Shown piece by piece: positions 50,531-63,870 of a stretch of 64,000 nt of DNA. This DNA comes from Octopus vulgaris (lineage: Eukaryota), in assembly GCA_951406725.2 (NCBI GenBank), contig OX597817.1, forward strand, positions 125,984,001 through 126,048,000, in the 5' to 3' direction. Both the position numbers and the translations under genes were made by a program. Positions within the stretch are counted from its first letter, which is position 1, and every line of letters starts with the position of its first letter. The notes beneath the pieces were generated by a model. That model was given only the letters and a program-made list of their open reading frames with translations. It was not told the origin of the DNA and ran no database searches.

Positions 50531-53500
50531 TTTACTTCACCTTTAGATTGATAGACAGGCAAAATTAAATACGCATTTGCGTAGGGGTAGTTTATGATTT
50601 GACGTCAAACTTTATGGAGGCTAAATTTAGTCTCCATTCTCTCCTCCGAATTTCAGTTAAATAGTAATCAGATACATTAAAACATTTGTGCTTGTGAATA
50701 GTTGGTGAGAAGGGGCCTAACATTTAAATCATCATTCAGAATGACTACATGAGTAATTAGATTCAGTGACGTCTTTTACTTATGACTAAAATCCAACACA
50801 AAATATTTTAGATATTTATCATTTAAAGACTATACCCAAAACACGTTAGTTTATCGTATTATATAACTGTTGACCAAATAATTGATTATACTTTCAGAAC
50901 TAAGCACATTGTCATCTATACAGTTTGTAACACATAACATATGTCAGCAACTTTAACGAATATAAATTTATGAAAGATGATGCTTAAGTATGATCGTATT
51001 TGAAAATGTGAGGTTATTGTCTTATGTATTTGCTTTCACGGTTCTATTGGCTATATTCGTCTCCTTTCGCAAAAGAGAAAACAAAAAAGATATGTCGATT
51101 AACTTAATCTGCTCATACCTCTCTGTAAACTAAAAAGAAAATTACATTACTTAAATGTATTGAATCTTGCGCCGTTATATTCCTGAATGATCTTGGGCGT
51201 ATAATAAACGGGAAGCTTTCTTGTGAAATGAATGGTGCAGATAGAATAACTAGCGTTACGTTTCAAAAGTCTTTAAGTACATATGTGGGTAAATAAACTG
51301 TTTTAATATCAATATATCATTGATTTCAAAGCAAGATATTATCATTCAAATTATGACATTATTGAAAGGCATATGCTATACAGGAAAATGGAAACAACAA
51401 ACTCACAAGTTTCTTTACGCAATACGATCTGAAACTCATGTGTGGAAAATTGATTATTTAACTGTTACGAATAAAAGTTTGAAGTAACGCAATTACTCTA
51501 CTATGAAATTTCTTAGAACCGTAAGCCCAAATTAATCGTTCTAGGGACTAAAGGATTCCCTTGCAAAACATGTGATACATTGTCGAAGATATAAAAATAT
51601 TAGACTTATTGAGACAGAGACGGAAAAGAACATTAAAATGAGAAACCAAATAACGTTGTAAAAATTGTTTAGACTAAAGGAGTGATTCACGAGAGAAATC
51701 ATTGTAGCATAATTGGGGAATGAGAAATCAATTGCTTATTTTTTGAGCATGCTAATCTTCAGACATAATATAAGATATTACGCAATTCAGAAACGGAAAT
51801 AGTTGGACGATATTTCCTGATATTTCCCTGATTGCAATTATAGTTGACTAGACACACCTTCTAATTGTAGGCTCCATAATCTAGATGCATAAATATTTAA
51901 CAAGACAATCATATCAGAAAAATAAACGAAACGAGTTATTACGTGAAGCACTTCATAATTATAAAATGACTCTCTAGATTCCCTCCTAAAATCTGCAAGT
52001 TGCTTTACTGAACTCATGAATGTATCCACTAAAATATATGAATCGTTCACAGGAGATTTTGAAAATTGATCAAGAGAAATACTTTTGGAAATATACTGTG
52101 CGTTTTAGTATAACCGGAACCACTTTCAGAATACGAAGCCAATTTTACTCTGAAGTAAACATTCTTCAAAGGACTTCTTCAATAAAACAGTCAAATTCTG
52201 CAGATCGATGAGTAGACTAAATATATTTAACTTCAATATAGCTTTTACTGCAAAATGTCAATAGTTAAAAGAAATTAAACTGTAACTTATTGCATTTCTA
52301 ACTTTAATTTCCAAAGTAATAAATGGTGAATGGTAATCACCAAGCGTCATTCACGGTCCGCACATATTACTCAGCTTGCTGTTGAATACAACCAAACATT
52401 CAGAAACAGATGTTCTTCTCTGTTACACAGACCAGAAATAGATTCATAATCAGGGATGTAATGATCCAACAAGACCTAAATGCTATATTCCGTGTACATT
52501 TTAAACACTCTCATGAATATTTCACTTTTCTCTTAGCGAACACTAAATCTAATTACTCTGCACTTTTTTAACAAAAGACAAATATATTACTTACTTGGTT
52601 TGTAACTGATTACAAGTAACTTTACAGGTGACTAATTAACTTCAATGCAAATTCATGGAAAAAATCCCTTAATCTGAACAGTTAAATTTTGATTTCTTGA
52701 GACTTGAGTATAAAACTGAGTATTTACTAACAAATTTTTGACAAAAGGAATGACAGATGTTTGAAACCTGAGCTGCATGGAATTACTTCTATCATATCGC
52801 TTTATACTCAGCAATATGTTACATTGAAAAGCGATGAGGCATAATATAACTCGATGATGAATAAATCACGTCTTCAAAACATTAACAATTATTACTGGAT
52901 CTATGACATACATTAGAGGCATGTAGATGTCGCAGACAAGACTCATTAGTGAAGGTCGTGTTACATTTTGGCATTTTGTATGATTGCCAAAACACACAAA
53001 AATCAATTAAGCATACATATACAGCGAAAGGGTGTCTGTTATATGTGTCAGTAACTAATACATTCAAAGTAATAGAGTATAAAATCTAAAGAAGTTTTTG
53101 TTTGATATTCTATGAATTTCGTTAATTTTGTTGGTTCGATACAAATAAAATACCAAAAAATAGACTACTTTTGTTCACAGCCACATGAGCTATTGTTTAG
53201 ATTCGAAGAAAAGTTATTCATAGTTTGCAGAAATCTTAAATATGTTTGCTATATGTATGGAATTTAATCGAACCATTTCTGATGCTGATATAGTAATGTT
53301 TCTCATAAATATTCCAAGATAATTTCAGTTGCTTTCATTTCATTGCGGTTTTCACCCATTTTTGCTAATCAGTTTCTTGCATTTTATTTTCTTTCTGAAC
53401 ATTTTCCTTTCTATGCCAATTCAGATATATTTTTTATATTTTATTTCCTTATACGTTTGTACATTTTTTGTTCTAATAATAAATACTTTAGTTACATTTT

Positions 53501-53909
53501 ATTCATCAATCTCGAAATATTTGGGAGTTTATTATTATTATTTTGTTCGTTGAGATCGTCTGTTATTGTTATTCTTTATCGTATTTTCATTGCACTATTT
53601 CTTTATCCTTTGATCATCTAAAATGAGATCAAATCGTTTTCACCATTTTTTTTGTTTTTAGTTGAGAAATTTATAAAAAGAGCGCAGACACAGTCAGACG
53701 CACGTAGATTGATGCGAACACACGAATGAAATGACAGACAAAGGAGCTATGTACACTTGCGTACGCACAAAACGTGCGTGTACACAAGTTCACACACACT
53801 AACATACACGTAGACATATGTAGTTACATAGACAACAGAATATGATACACATATGAAGATATAAATTAGAACATAAATAAACGTTAGCAGAAATATATGC
53901 CTATTTATT

Positions 53910-53963
53910 TGTCTGTCTATCTATCTGTCTATATGTCAATCTGTCTATATGTCAATCTGTCTG

Positions 53964-54046
<83 letters not shown>

Positions 54047-54047
54047 A
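53910..54047. repeat. (CTGT)n/(CTAT)n microsatellite
   Basis: Direct reading. Confidence 0.97.
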
Positions 54048-55504
54048 TATACACACAGAGAGACGTATGCAGTTACAAATACAAACACGGAGGATGATAC
54101 ACGCATAAACATATAAAATATTAAAGAAAAACGTAAGTAGAACTATTTTTAAATATACACATTCACTCACGCACAAACATTCTCATACTCAGACTCACAT
54201 ACAAAATAACATATGGACAAACCCATGCATATCTCTACATAGATAAGTATATTCATACATACATGCATACATTCATACATAGACATACGCACATGCAAAA
54301 CCGTAAACACATTTTGCCAGACTAAATCTACTCATTGAAACATACGTTAAATACGCAGCTATAAATGACTATGCCAGTAATCATAGACGGCTTTACATGA
54401 TAGTGTGCAGGCATACGCATCTGTGTATACATACATAAATTCATATAACCAAACCAAAATTACAAAACTAGGACTGGATTTCACACATGTATGAACGTCT
54501 AAATATTCATCCTGTATATATAGATTCACAGTTATATACAAAACAATTACACACATGCATATCTAAGCTCACGTATGCATCTATATAAATACATAAATAC
54601 ATACATACATATATACACACATACATACATACACATTCAAATATACGCACACTATACATAAAACCATATGTACATGTTCACAGAGATATGTTCGAAATCA
54701 TTACACAGTACTCTAATTCATAACTAAATTACTCACATGCATTACGGTTGTTTTATTGCATTTCTGGAATCTAAGTTAATGAACTCCTATAACCTGGATG
54801 TAGTATAATAGTTATTTTAATAATCCATAGCTTTAAGTAGCTATTTCTCCTTGAAATTACACATTTCTAATTTTGATGATCAGGCGAATTCTTTTATCTA
54901 ATTTCTTTGAGAATGCTTAGACTTTTACTGGAAAATCTAATAATAATTTACCAAGAAACATGTTTTAGTACTGTTGCTTTTACTCTTGTCTCAGACATTA
55001 TAAAACTAATCTAAGAAAATGAATTAATGTTTTTAGCCAAGTTGAATAGAAAGTTTTATTTTGAACAAAATATAAACACAAATATATACGAAACAACATG
55101 AAACAAACACAGAAAAACAAATGACAATATAATAAAATTATGTAATTATTAAAACTTCTTTCCGTATGTTCATCATTTCAGATTCATTAAAATGGTCAGA
55201 GTAAGAATTTCAATAATAATGGAAATATATAATGAACTATATAAAAGATAAGCTCTATTAGATAATGATATGCTGATGCAAATAAACTACTTTCACGTGT
55301 AAACATAGAAACAAAGTTATATACACATTAACATAAACTTGTATTAATACAATCACACGCGCACACGCAGACACACACACCGTATCCCTCTCTCTCATAC
55401 ACACCGATACGCATATATTAAAATACGGGCAAGTAGCTATATGAGAATATATATATATATATAATCCTTTCTACTCTAGGCACGAGGCCCGAAAGTTAGA
55501 GGGA

Positions 55505-56277
55505 GGTGACCCGTGCGGTAGTGTGGACGCGCGCAGGGAAATAAGCCAAGTTGGGAGTTGGGTTAAGGGGAACAACTTTGGACCAGAAGGGCAAGTGGGT
55601 TCGTTTGAAGGATGAGAGGGGTAGTTTGGGGAAGTTGTACGAAATGGAGTGGTCGGACTGGAGTCGCTCGAAGGCTCGGAGAACTGAGGGGCAGGGTGGT
55701 TGGGTGGTAGATGAGTGAAAACGGGAGGCAGGCAACGGTGAATGCGAGGAGAGACGCACGGTCAACGGATTGTGCTCTGGTTAGGGAGGTATAGATAGTG
55801 GTGAGGGGATATGCACGAAGTATGAAGTGGCGAGCCATGAATTGAGACTGAGTCTCAAAGTCATGGTTGTCATTGCAGAGCCTGCGCAGGCGGAGGAATT
55901 GGAAGTAGGAGATGGAGAGATTGTGGATAGAGTGGGAGATAGAAAAGTTGAGTTATGAGTGAGTGTGAGGTGATGTGTTCGGAGTGGATGGAATTAGTGA
56001 GAGCGGAGTTGTGTATGTTGACCGAAATGTCGAGAAAAGCACGGGAAGTTTTGTAACTGGTGCTGGAGAAATCGACGACAGGATGGAAGGATTGGACAAA
56101 AGAGTGGAAGGAGTCTAGTTGTTCGCGGGTGAGTGAGGTTGCACCGATACAGTTATCAATATAATGACGGTATATTTCGTGAGTGGGACCAGTTGAATCT
56201 TTAAAATTTTAGGGATTTAACGTAGCCATCGAACAGGTTCGCATAGTTAGTGCCCATTCTCGTTCTCATGGTCACTT
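55505..56277 (-). mobile_element. Penelope-like element reverse-transcriptase fragment
   Basis: Minus strand MRTRMGTNYANLFDGY (cf. AMGTRMGPNYANLFVGY), RHYIDNCIGA (YIDD box), FVQSFHP, AFLDISV, PYFQFLRLRRLCNDNHDFETQS, MARHFILRAYP. Confidence 0.92.
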
Positions 56278-56632
56278 GTATACACACACACACACATACA
56301 CATATATATCATATATATAATTCAGGTTGATAATCTTACGAACTCTATTGACCAATCCGTATTTGGCTTAAATGTTGCTTTTCTCAATGAAATATTTTGC
56401 CCAGGTGCAGCTTAGGCGTCAAGGTTTGGTGGTACGCAAACCCTTTTTTTTACTTTGATCACATCTAAAGAAAAAAATTCAGTAATGTTGCAAACAACAT
56501 TCCTGTTTTCATTGAATTCTTTTGCTATTATTCATACACGTTACTAGAAAATTTACATTTCAGTCAAGTCACTGTTGATATGGCTAAACACTACCACCAT
56601 CATCACCATCACCTATATTAGTGTTGTTATTA

Positions 56633-56667
56633 GTGGTGGTGGTGGTGGTGGTGGTGGTGGTGGTGGT
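56633..56667. repeat. (GGT)n microsatellite
   Basis: Direct reading. Confidence 0.95.
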
Positions 56668-56763
56668 AATAGTAGTAATAGCAGTAGAGCATATCATCAT
56701 TACAACTTTCACTCTTACTATGACAATTATACACACACACAGCCACAAGCATGTGTGTGTGTA

Positions 56764-56824
<61 letters not shown>

Positions 56825-57385
56825 GATATGGTGCGTGTGGGAACGGGCATACCACTGCCAATAATTTCCATTCTTCTGCCAATAGTGTTAAGAAACTATA
56901 AGATATTTTATAATATAAAACCTGCACTTATTTTGCACGAAAACACTCACACACACTGTTACTCATTTGCCAATAACATTAAATCCCTTGATATGCAACG
57001 TGAAACGGTGATGTTACAAGAGGCATAGATTTATAAGAACTCTCGCCTTCAAGGAAATTATACTTCCTGTTGTTCTAGTGCAAGAAAGTATACTGGGTTT
57101 ATGCATGTAATATATTTATTTTGTTTATACATTTTTAATGATAACCTTAACCATTCCAGAAGTGCAATAGGATCACGAAATTCTGTTTTTCTTTTGGGTA
57201 GCCTGCTTTTATGAATTTTGCATCAACAGATTTTCTGTAAAAAGGGTTTCATGGACTTTTGTTACATTACTGCATGCCAGATAATTTGTTCGCTCGTGAA
57301 AAATTAATAAATGTTTCACTCCTATGTATGCGTGCGTTCATTTCTGCATGTATGTGCGTGTTCAAGTATGTTTGCGCGGGTATAT

Positions 57386-57462
<77 letters not shown>

Positions 57463-57464
<2 letters not shown>

Positions 57465-57660
57465 TAATCCAAACAAGAAAGCACAAAAAACACTACGCGA
57501 GAACGTGGAACAAATATAGTATTATTGGACGCTCAGGAAAGAAGGAAAGAAGGAAGGTTTAACGTTTCGAGCGGAGCTCTTCGTCGGAAACATAGAAGGA
57601 AAGATCCAGAGAAGGTAAGACAGAGGAAAAAAATCGCCAATGGTACACACGATGTCACAT
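57463..57660 (-). mobile_element. Short Penelope-type terminal-repeat fragment between microsatellites
   Basis: Discrete ~200-bp block between TA/CA tracts that carries a hammerhead-like motif. Confidence 0.6.
57557..57591 (-). ncRNA. Ultra-minimal hammerhead-like motif (variant core)
   Basis: GTTT-CCGACGA-A-GAGC-TCC-GCTC-GAAA-CG-TT-AAAC. Stem I is GTTT/AAAC, stem II is GAGC/GCTC, and palindromic AACGTT stands in place of stem III. It deviates from consensus at U4 (C) and has an extra A. Confidence 0.55.
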
Positions 57661-57726
57661 GCACACACGTATATATGTGTGTATATATATATATATATAT
57701 GTCTATATAGTTTATTATTAAAGCTT

Positions 57727-58060
57727 GTGAAGCTGCATGGTTCAGTAGTTAGAGCGTGGAGCTTACGATAGTGAGTTTGTGAGTTCGGTTCCTGGATCGG
57801 GCTGTGTGTTGTGCTCTTAAGCAAGACACTTTATTTCACATTGCTCCAGTTAACTCATCTGTAGAAATGGATTGCGACATCACTAGTGCCAAGCTGTACC
57901 GGCATTTGCCTTTCCCTTGCGAAGCATTAGTTGCTTGGAGAGCGGAGGCTGGTATGCATGGGCGACTGCTGGCCTTCTACAAACAACATTGGCCGGACTT
58001 GTACATCGGAGGGTAACTTTCTAGGTGCAAACTCATGGCCATTCATGACCGAAGGGGTCT
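57727..58060 (+). mobile_element. SINE-D, tRNA-derived, full length
   Basis: A box TGGTTCAGTAG and B box GAGTTCGGTTCC, followed by a CORE/V-like start GTGTTGTGCTCTTAAGCAAGACACTT. It ends at a (TCC)n tract. Confidence 0.8.
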
Positions 58061-58067
58061 ACTCTGT

Positions 58068-58123
58068 CTCCTCCTCCTCCTCCTCCTCCTCCTCCTCCTC
58101 CTCCTCCTCCTCCTCCTCCTCCT
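58068..58123. repeat. (TCC)n microsatellite
   Basis: Direct reading. Confidence 0.98.
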
Positions 58124-58849
58124 CGTCATTATTAAAGCTGCAAATCACAACAGAATATTGCTACTCAGAGTTTCACGTTCCTGTTCGTCGCTCAGTTGTG
58201 ATCTGAAATGGAACAAGAATTAAAATTATACGTATGATATATGGTGATGCAATTCATATTGACAGATACATATCTGAGTTTGATTGGACGTTTCGATTAA
58301 CGGTTTTTTAAAACAGTGGTGTTGTGAATAAAAAAAAAGATAAAAGGCATAAACATCGTGTTGTATGAAATCGAAGAAAACCATGAATTATAAAGAAATT
58401 TTGGTCTTAAAAAGAAAACACATGCCCAGAGTAAATTACTTAGCGTTTAATTAAGATTAATATGAATGTAAGTCAGATTTTAGAACCGAATGAAAACTTT
58501 TCATCCTTTTCCAGGATAACTATGCCCTGTACCAAAAGTTGGAACTTTTAAATTACTTCAGATACGTCACGAAGTATAAAATATCGAACGAAAAATTACT
58601 GTAAGGGTAACTTTTGAATTCGCATTTTAGTAACATTCTTTCACTTAAAACAGGCTCAATTTTGTATAACATTCATGTTACATTTTAACCTTTCAAGAAA
58701 ACTTTCGACTGGATACAAACTATATACTTTTACTTTTATTTTCATTATTTTAATGTAACTTTTACCAGTGAGTAAACAATGTTTTTGTTTTTTTATGTTC
58801 TCGTTTCTCATTCCGACCATGTTTTTTGATGTCCTATACACATATATGC

Positions 58850-58901
<52 letters not shown>

Positions 58902-58904
<3 letters not shown>

Positions 58905-60764
58905 GTTAAACGAGAACTTCGATTCAAAGATATTGCTTGGGCTGAATTCAAAAATCTAGATTCGACTGCAGCTTTTGAGGTGTACAAAACTCAACGAGAC
59001 CGAGCCGTGAAAATTGAAAAGGAAGAACGCTTCAGATATGAATACAGAATCGCGGCAAACGCCAGTCGCATTCCAAAAATCTTCTTTGCCCATATCCAAC
59101 GGAATTCCCGCTTGAACAACCGAATTGCAACGTTGGTGACTGAACAGGCACATCGATTGAGGACCCTTATCAGCAGAGTCATTTATTTGCCGAGGCTTTT
59201 TCAACAATTTTCAAACAAGATGATGGTCGTGAACACCCTCCATTTGATAGATAGGTACCTCCAATACCTAGATTGGTCATCACTCGGGACGAAGTCAAAC
59301 GCGCTATCCAAGGCCTCGATGTCAACAAGGGTCACGACCCTAACGGCATACACCCACAGGTTATCAAAGCGTTGGCTCCGTTCGTCTACGAACCTTTAGC
59401 ACTTCTATTCAATATGTCATTGGCGACGGGTGTTATACCTGCGGACTAGAGAACAGCGATAATCTGCCCAGTTTTTAAGAAAGGAAGCCGCGAAGACCCG
59501 CTTAACTACCGACCGGTTTCCCTTATTTCAATAATCAGCAAGATGTTCGAAACCATCCTTAAGAAAAGTATGTTGCTCCACCTCCAAAACACAGCCTCTA
59601 TCTCGTGCCGAAGAGATCATGCTTGACCAACTTACTGGTAATGGAAGAATTGGCGACGCGTATCCTGGATGATGGTGATACTGTTGACATCGTTTTATTG
59701 GACTTTGCCAACGCTTTTGACTCGGTTAACCGCCGCCTATTACTTTTCAAGCTTCTAGCATGTAGTTTCCGGACTGATATTGTACGATGGGTTGGTGCCT
59801 TCCTCTCAGATCGCTCCTTCCAAGTCCAAGTTAATGGTTCGCTGTCCGACGTCTCCAGTGCGAGCAGTGGCGTGCCTCAAGGTTCAGTGCTTGGGCCCTT
59901 ATTGTATTTAGTCTTCATAAATGACTTGCCCGACGACCTCACGCAACACACCCATCTATTTGCCGATGGTGTCAAACTGGTCGCTCCTCGCGGTGATATA
60001 GATGATCTTCGTCGATGCCTCCACCAAGTTTGGAGATGGTCTAACGAATGGGACCTGTGTCTGAACGTGTCAAAATGCTGTCATCTGCCTGTTGGCTCTT
60101 CTCCTGCAACTCAACTTGAATTCGAGCCGGGTCGTCTGCTGCTGGAGAGGACCGACCGGGTAAAGGACCTGGGTATCTTGGTGGATTCTTCCTTTTCACC
60201 TTCGGCCCAGTGCATCCATGCTACCAACAAAGCACGTGGAGTTCTGTTTTTGATTCGACGGTCATTCGGAATGTTCACAGCAGCCATATTACTACTGCCT
60301 TATGTCACGCTGGTGAGATCTATATTGGAGTACGGGATTCAAGCCTCTTCTCCTTATCTCCTCAAAGATATACATCATCTCGAAAGAGTCTAGAAGCTGG
60401 CTACCCGCATGGTTCTTGGTCTCAAGTATTTGTCTTATGAAGAAAGGCTGAAGACGCTCGACCTTTATTCTCTAGAAAAATGACGACGCCGTGAGCTGTT
60501 CTTCACTCCTGCTCCACAGCGTCGGCTGCGGGGTCACTCCGAAAAGCTCAATCTGCGACGATTTCATCTCAATCAAAGGAGAGGGGCTTTCTCCGTCCGG
60601 GTTGCGGATCCGTGGAATAAGCTGCCGGACGAGATAGTGAAGATGCTCTTGACCAGATATGGCCTGAACTCTTTGCATGAACACTCTCCTTGTACATAAC
60701 TCCATGTCCCCCTACATGGCCATGCTTTTTGCTTTTTGAGCGAAAAAACTAACTTAACTTAACT
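58902..60764 (+). mobile_element. Second CR1-clade LINE family, 5'-truncated (RT domain to 3' end)
   Basis: NYRPVSL, RSCLTNLL, LLDFANAFDSVN, SGVPQGSVLGPLL, LFADGVKL, LRGHSEKL...AFSVRVADPWNKLP. It has an (AACTT)n tail, stops and deletions. Confidence 0.95.
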
Positions 60765-61497
60765 ACACATATATGTATGTATAAATGCATATATTTAGAT
60801 ATTATTTATATTACCATATGATCGAACGCCACGCATCCTTTTCTGAGTAAGTTTTATCTTAATTACGATGCGTACTCTTATTCTATCTCTTTCCTCTCTT
60901 TCTATCTCCCTCTCTTTTTCTTCTTCATTTCTGTTTTTCTCTCCTACTCTTTTCCTATTTATCTCCTCTCCCCTTCACCTTTCCCATTCTCTCTCTCACT
61001 CTTCCTCTATGAATCTCTCATTACTCACACGTGATAAACGGCCATTCTCTCTTTCTTCCACTTCCTTCCTAAGACAAGACGCGCTTTTATATGTCTCCTG
61101 TCAAAGCTCATTTTGCAGCGTTCAGCACTTCATATCATCTTCGCAGCCCTCACCGTTTGTTCTTACTGTTTTGTTCTCACTGTCTTGTTTTTGTTACCGC
61201 TTTCACCCTCCGCAAAAAATTCCAACTTTTATTTAATCTGCTTTGCGAAGATGACTGTTTTAACGAAGTTGCGTCTTGTCCTTACCTTTGAAACAGAGGA
61301 AAACTGACGAAGGGAATGTTCTTTATGTTGCACGTCTCGTTTCTCTGTTTGTTTGTTTTTTCTTTATTCGAAAAAGTTCGTTTTCTATTTATTTTGTTCA
61401 CGTGTCTCATTCTGCGCACGTTTTTTGATGTCCTGTACCCATACATGCATATATGCATATATATATATATAGGTATTTATATATATGAATGTATATA

Positions 61498-61573
<76 letters not shown>

Positions 61574-61599
61574 AATTACGATTCAGTTAAATTAGATGC

Positions 61600-62315
61600 T
61601 TAAATTGAGGCACCCTGTCAGGTTGATCAAATTTGCACATCCACACAATATCAGATGAATATCAAACTCTATGCAAAAGTGTTTGCACTTGGTATATTTG
61701 CAGTGTATGCAGATAACTCGACCCAACTTAGTGAAGAGATCCGCTCTTCCTTTATATAAAAATACTTTCTATAACGAAAATATATATAATAATATGAATT
61801 ATAATAACTTAAGTAATAGCGAAATAACCCTTGATAATACATCTATGAATTTGAACAGTACCCCAAATGATAACACTATAAATAGGAATAAAAAGGATTA
61901 GAAATACTAATAATAATAATTGCCCGCTATTAGGTCAATGTTTAGCAGGAAATGTTATATATAAATGTAGAGTACTGATAGAAACTAATAACTTTATTTA
62001 TATCGGGTGCTCAGTAAATAGTAAAAAAATGCTTGAATAAAAATTTTTCGTTCTTTTTACTTAGGCATTGTCTACGAAAATCTGGGAACTCAAGGATGAT
62101 AATATTAAACTCAGTTTGAAGCGGATTATACTGCGTGAAGCTCAACCATACACTAATAGCCGGCATGGGTGTGAACTATGTCGTATGTATATAAATATAT
62201 ATATATATATATGAACTATTCAAATATAGAGAAAATACAATCTTCAAAGTAATAAATTAGCTCTTAGGGTGTTATGTGTTCATAGGATTACCCGTATCTT
62301 TAAATACTTTAGAAG
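61600..62315 (+). mobile_element. Penelope-like element remnant: GIY-YIG endonuclease (Penelope/Poseidon-like), followed by an AT-rich 3' region
   Basis: 61921-62013 translates CPLLGQCLAGNVIYKCRVLIETNNFIYIGCS. 62065-62182 translates ALSTKIWELKDDNIKLSLKRIILREAQPYTNSRHGCELC. Neither is in the supplied ORF track. Confidence 0.88.
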
Positions 62316-63429
62316 CAGGTAATTAATAATAATATCACACTGTATATGTTTGTGACATAAGCTATTCCGGGTGACATATCATTCGTAGCCTATTCTCTGT
62401 GATTTATAAAATTTTAATAATTACAATATGTGGTTACTCCTTCACAGCGGTGAATCTCTTTTATCAAGGTTGATATAACATACATTTATTTTGCAAATGA
62501 ATTCTTAAAATTCTCACCTCCCCTAACTATGAAATAAACCCTCTAACATCTAATACTGTTCTATCTCGATAACATCCGTTGATGTACTTTAGATATATCT
62601 TATAGACCCATTTCCAAAGGTAATTTTGTCTCTATTAGTATATTTATATTTTATTTTATCTTATATTAATAATAATATTTTGGCTATAAGTTATTCTATA
62701 TACCAATACCATTATAAAAATATATTTTTTATTTTATTTTATTTCATATCCTTCTTTATATCATCTTTTTATAGTTACTATAAAAATTAAGAAAAAACAT
62801 TCTTATATTTTATAAATGTTTATATTTTCATATTTTTATATTTTATACCATTATATACCTCTTTTATATATTTTCATAGTTTTTATAGTTTATAAATGTC
62901 TTGATAGATTTTTTCATGTATTCTGTAATCTTATGGTATAATATATTTTCTAATTACTCATTATATCTTCTCAATTTTATATTTTATGCCTTCATCTATC
63001 ATTTTCTAAATATATTTCTACAGTTTTTATAGCGTATAAATTTGTGACAATTTATACTTCTTTCCTAAGATGTACTGTGAACTTTAATCTTATATTATTA
63101 TATATTCTCATTTTTTTAAATTATACATTGATTCATTATGTGGTTATAGGAGTAGATTTGTTTAAATATTGTAATTAAACGCACTCCTTTATATATTTAT
63201 ATCTTTAATTTACATACATTATGCATTAGATTTCATTTCTTACTATGTCGTATCTTTACCCATCCGTTTTTGAAGGGAATGGTTTTAATATCAGTTTAAT
63301 CTATGCTACACGTATTTATTGATATTATAAATAATTCCGTTATAATCCATCACATAATATTTTACAAGGATATTTTATACACAACATTTATAAAAATTCT
63401 TAATATTTCCCTTATATCTTAAATTATCC

Positions 63430-63601
63430 GGCAAGGAGTGGCTGTGTGTTAAGTAGCTTGCTTACCAACCACATGGTTCCGGGTTTAGTCCCACTGCGTG
63501 GCACGTTGGGCAGGTGTCTTCTACTATATACTCGGGTTGACCAAAGCCTTGTGAGAGGATTTAGTGGAGGGAAACTGAAAAAAGACCGTCGTATATATGT
63601 A

Positions 63602-63652
<51 letters not shown>

Positions 63653-63870
63653 ATGTGTATGTATGTATGTTTGTGTTTCTGTGTTTGTCTCCCTAACATC
63701 GCTTGGCAACCGATGCCGGTGTGTTTACGTCCCCTTAAATTAGCGGTTCGGCAAAAGAGACCGATAGAATAAATACAAGGTTTACAAAGAATAAGTCCTG
63801 GGGTCGTTTTCCTTGACTAAAGGCGGTACTCCAGCATGGCCACAGTCAAATGACTGAAACAAGTAAAAGT
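63430..63870 (+). mobile_element. SINE-A, full length
   Basis: Colinear with the other copies. Tail GGCGGTACTCCAGCATGGCCACAGTCAAATGACTGAAACAAGTAAAAG. Confidence 0.95.

Noticed and set aside
56633-56667. Telomeric or G-quadruplex element
   Set aside because: A simple (GGT)n microsatellite; there is no TTAGGG array in the window.
2642-63772. Dozens of ORFs with IYIYIY, poly-I, poly-N, HTHT, CVCV, poly-S/L/G or YLSI runs
   Set aside because: They are stop-free reading frames through microsatellites, not proteins.
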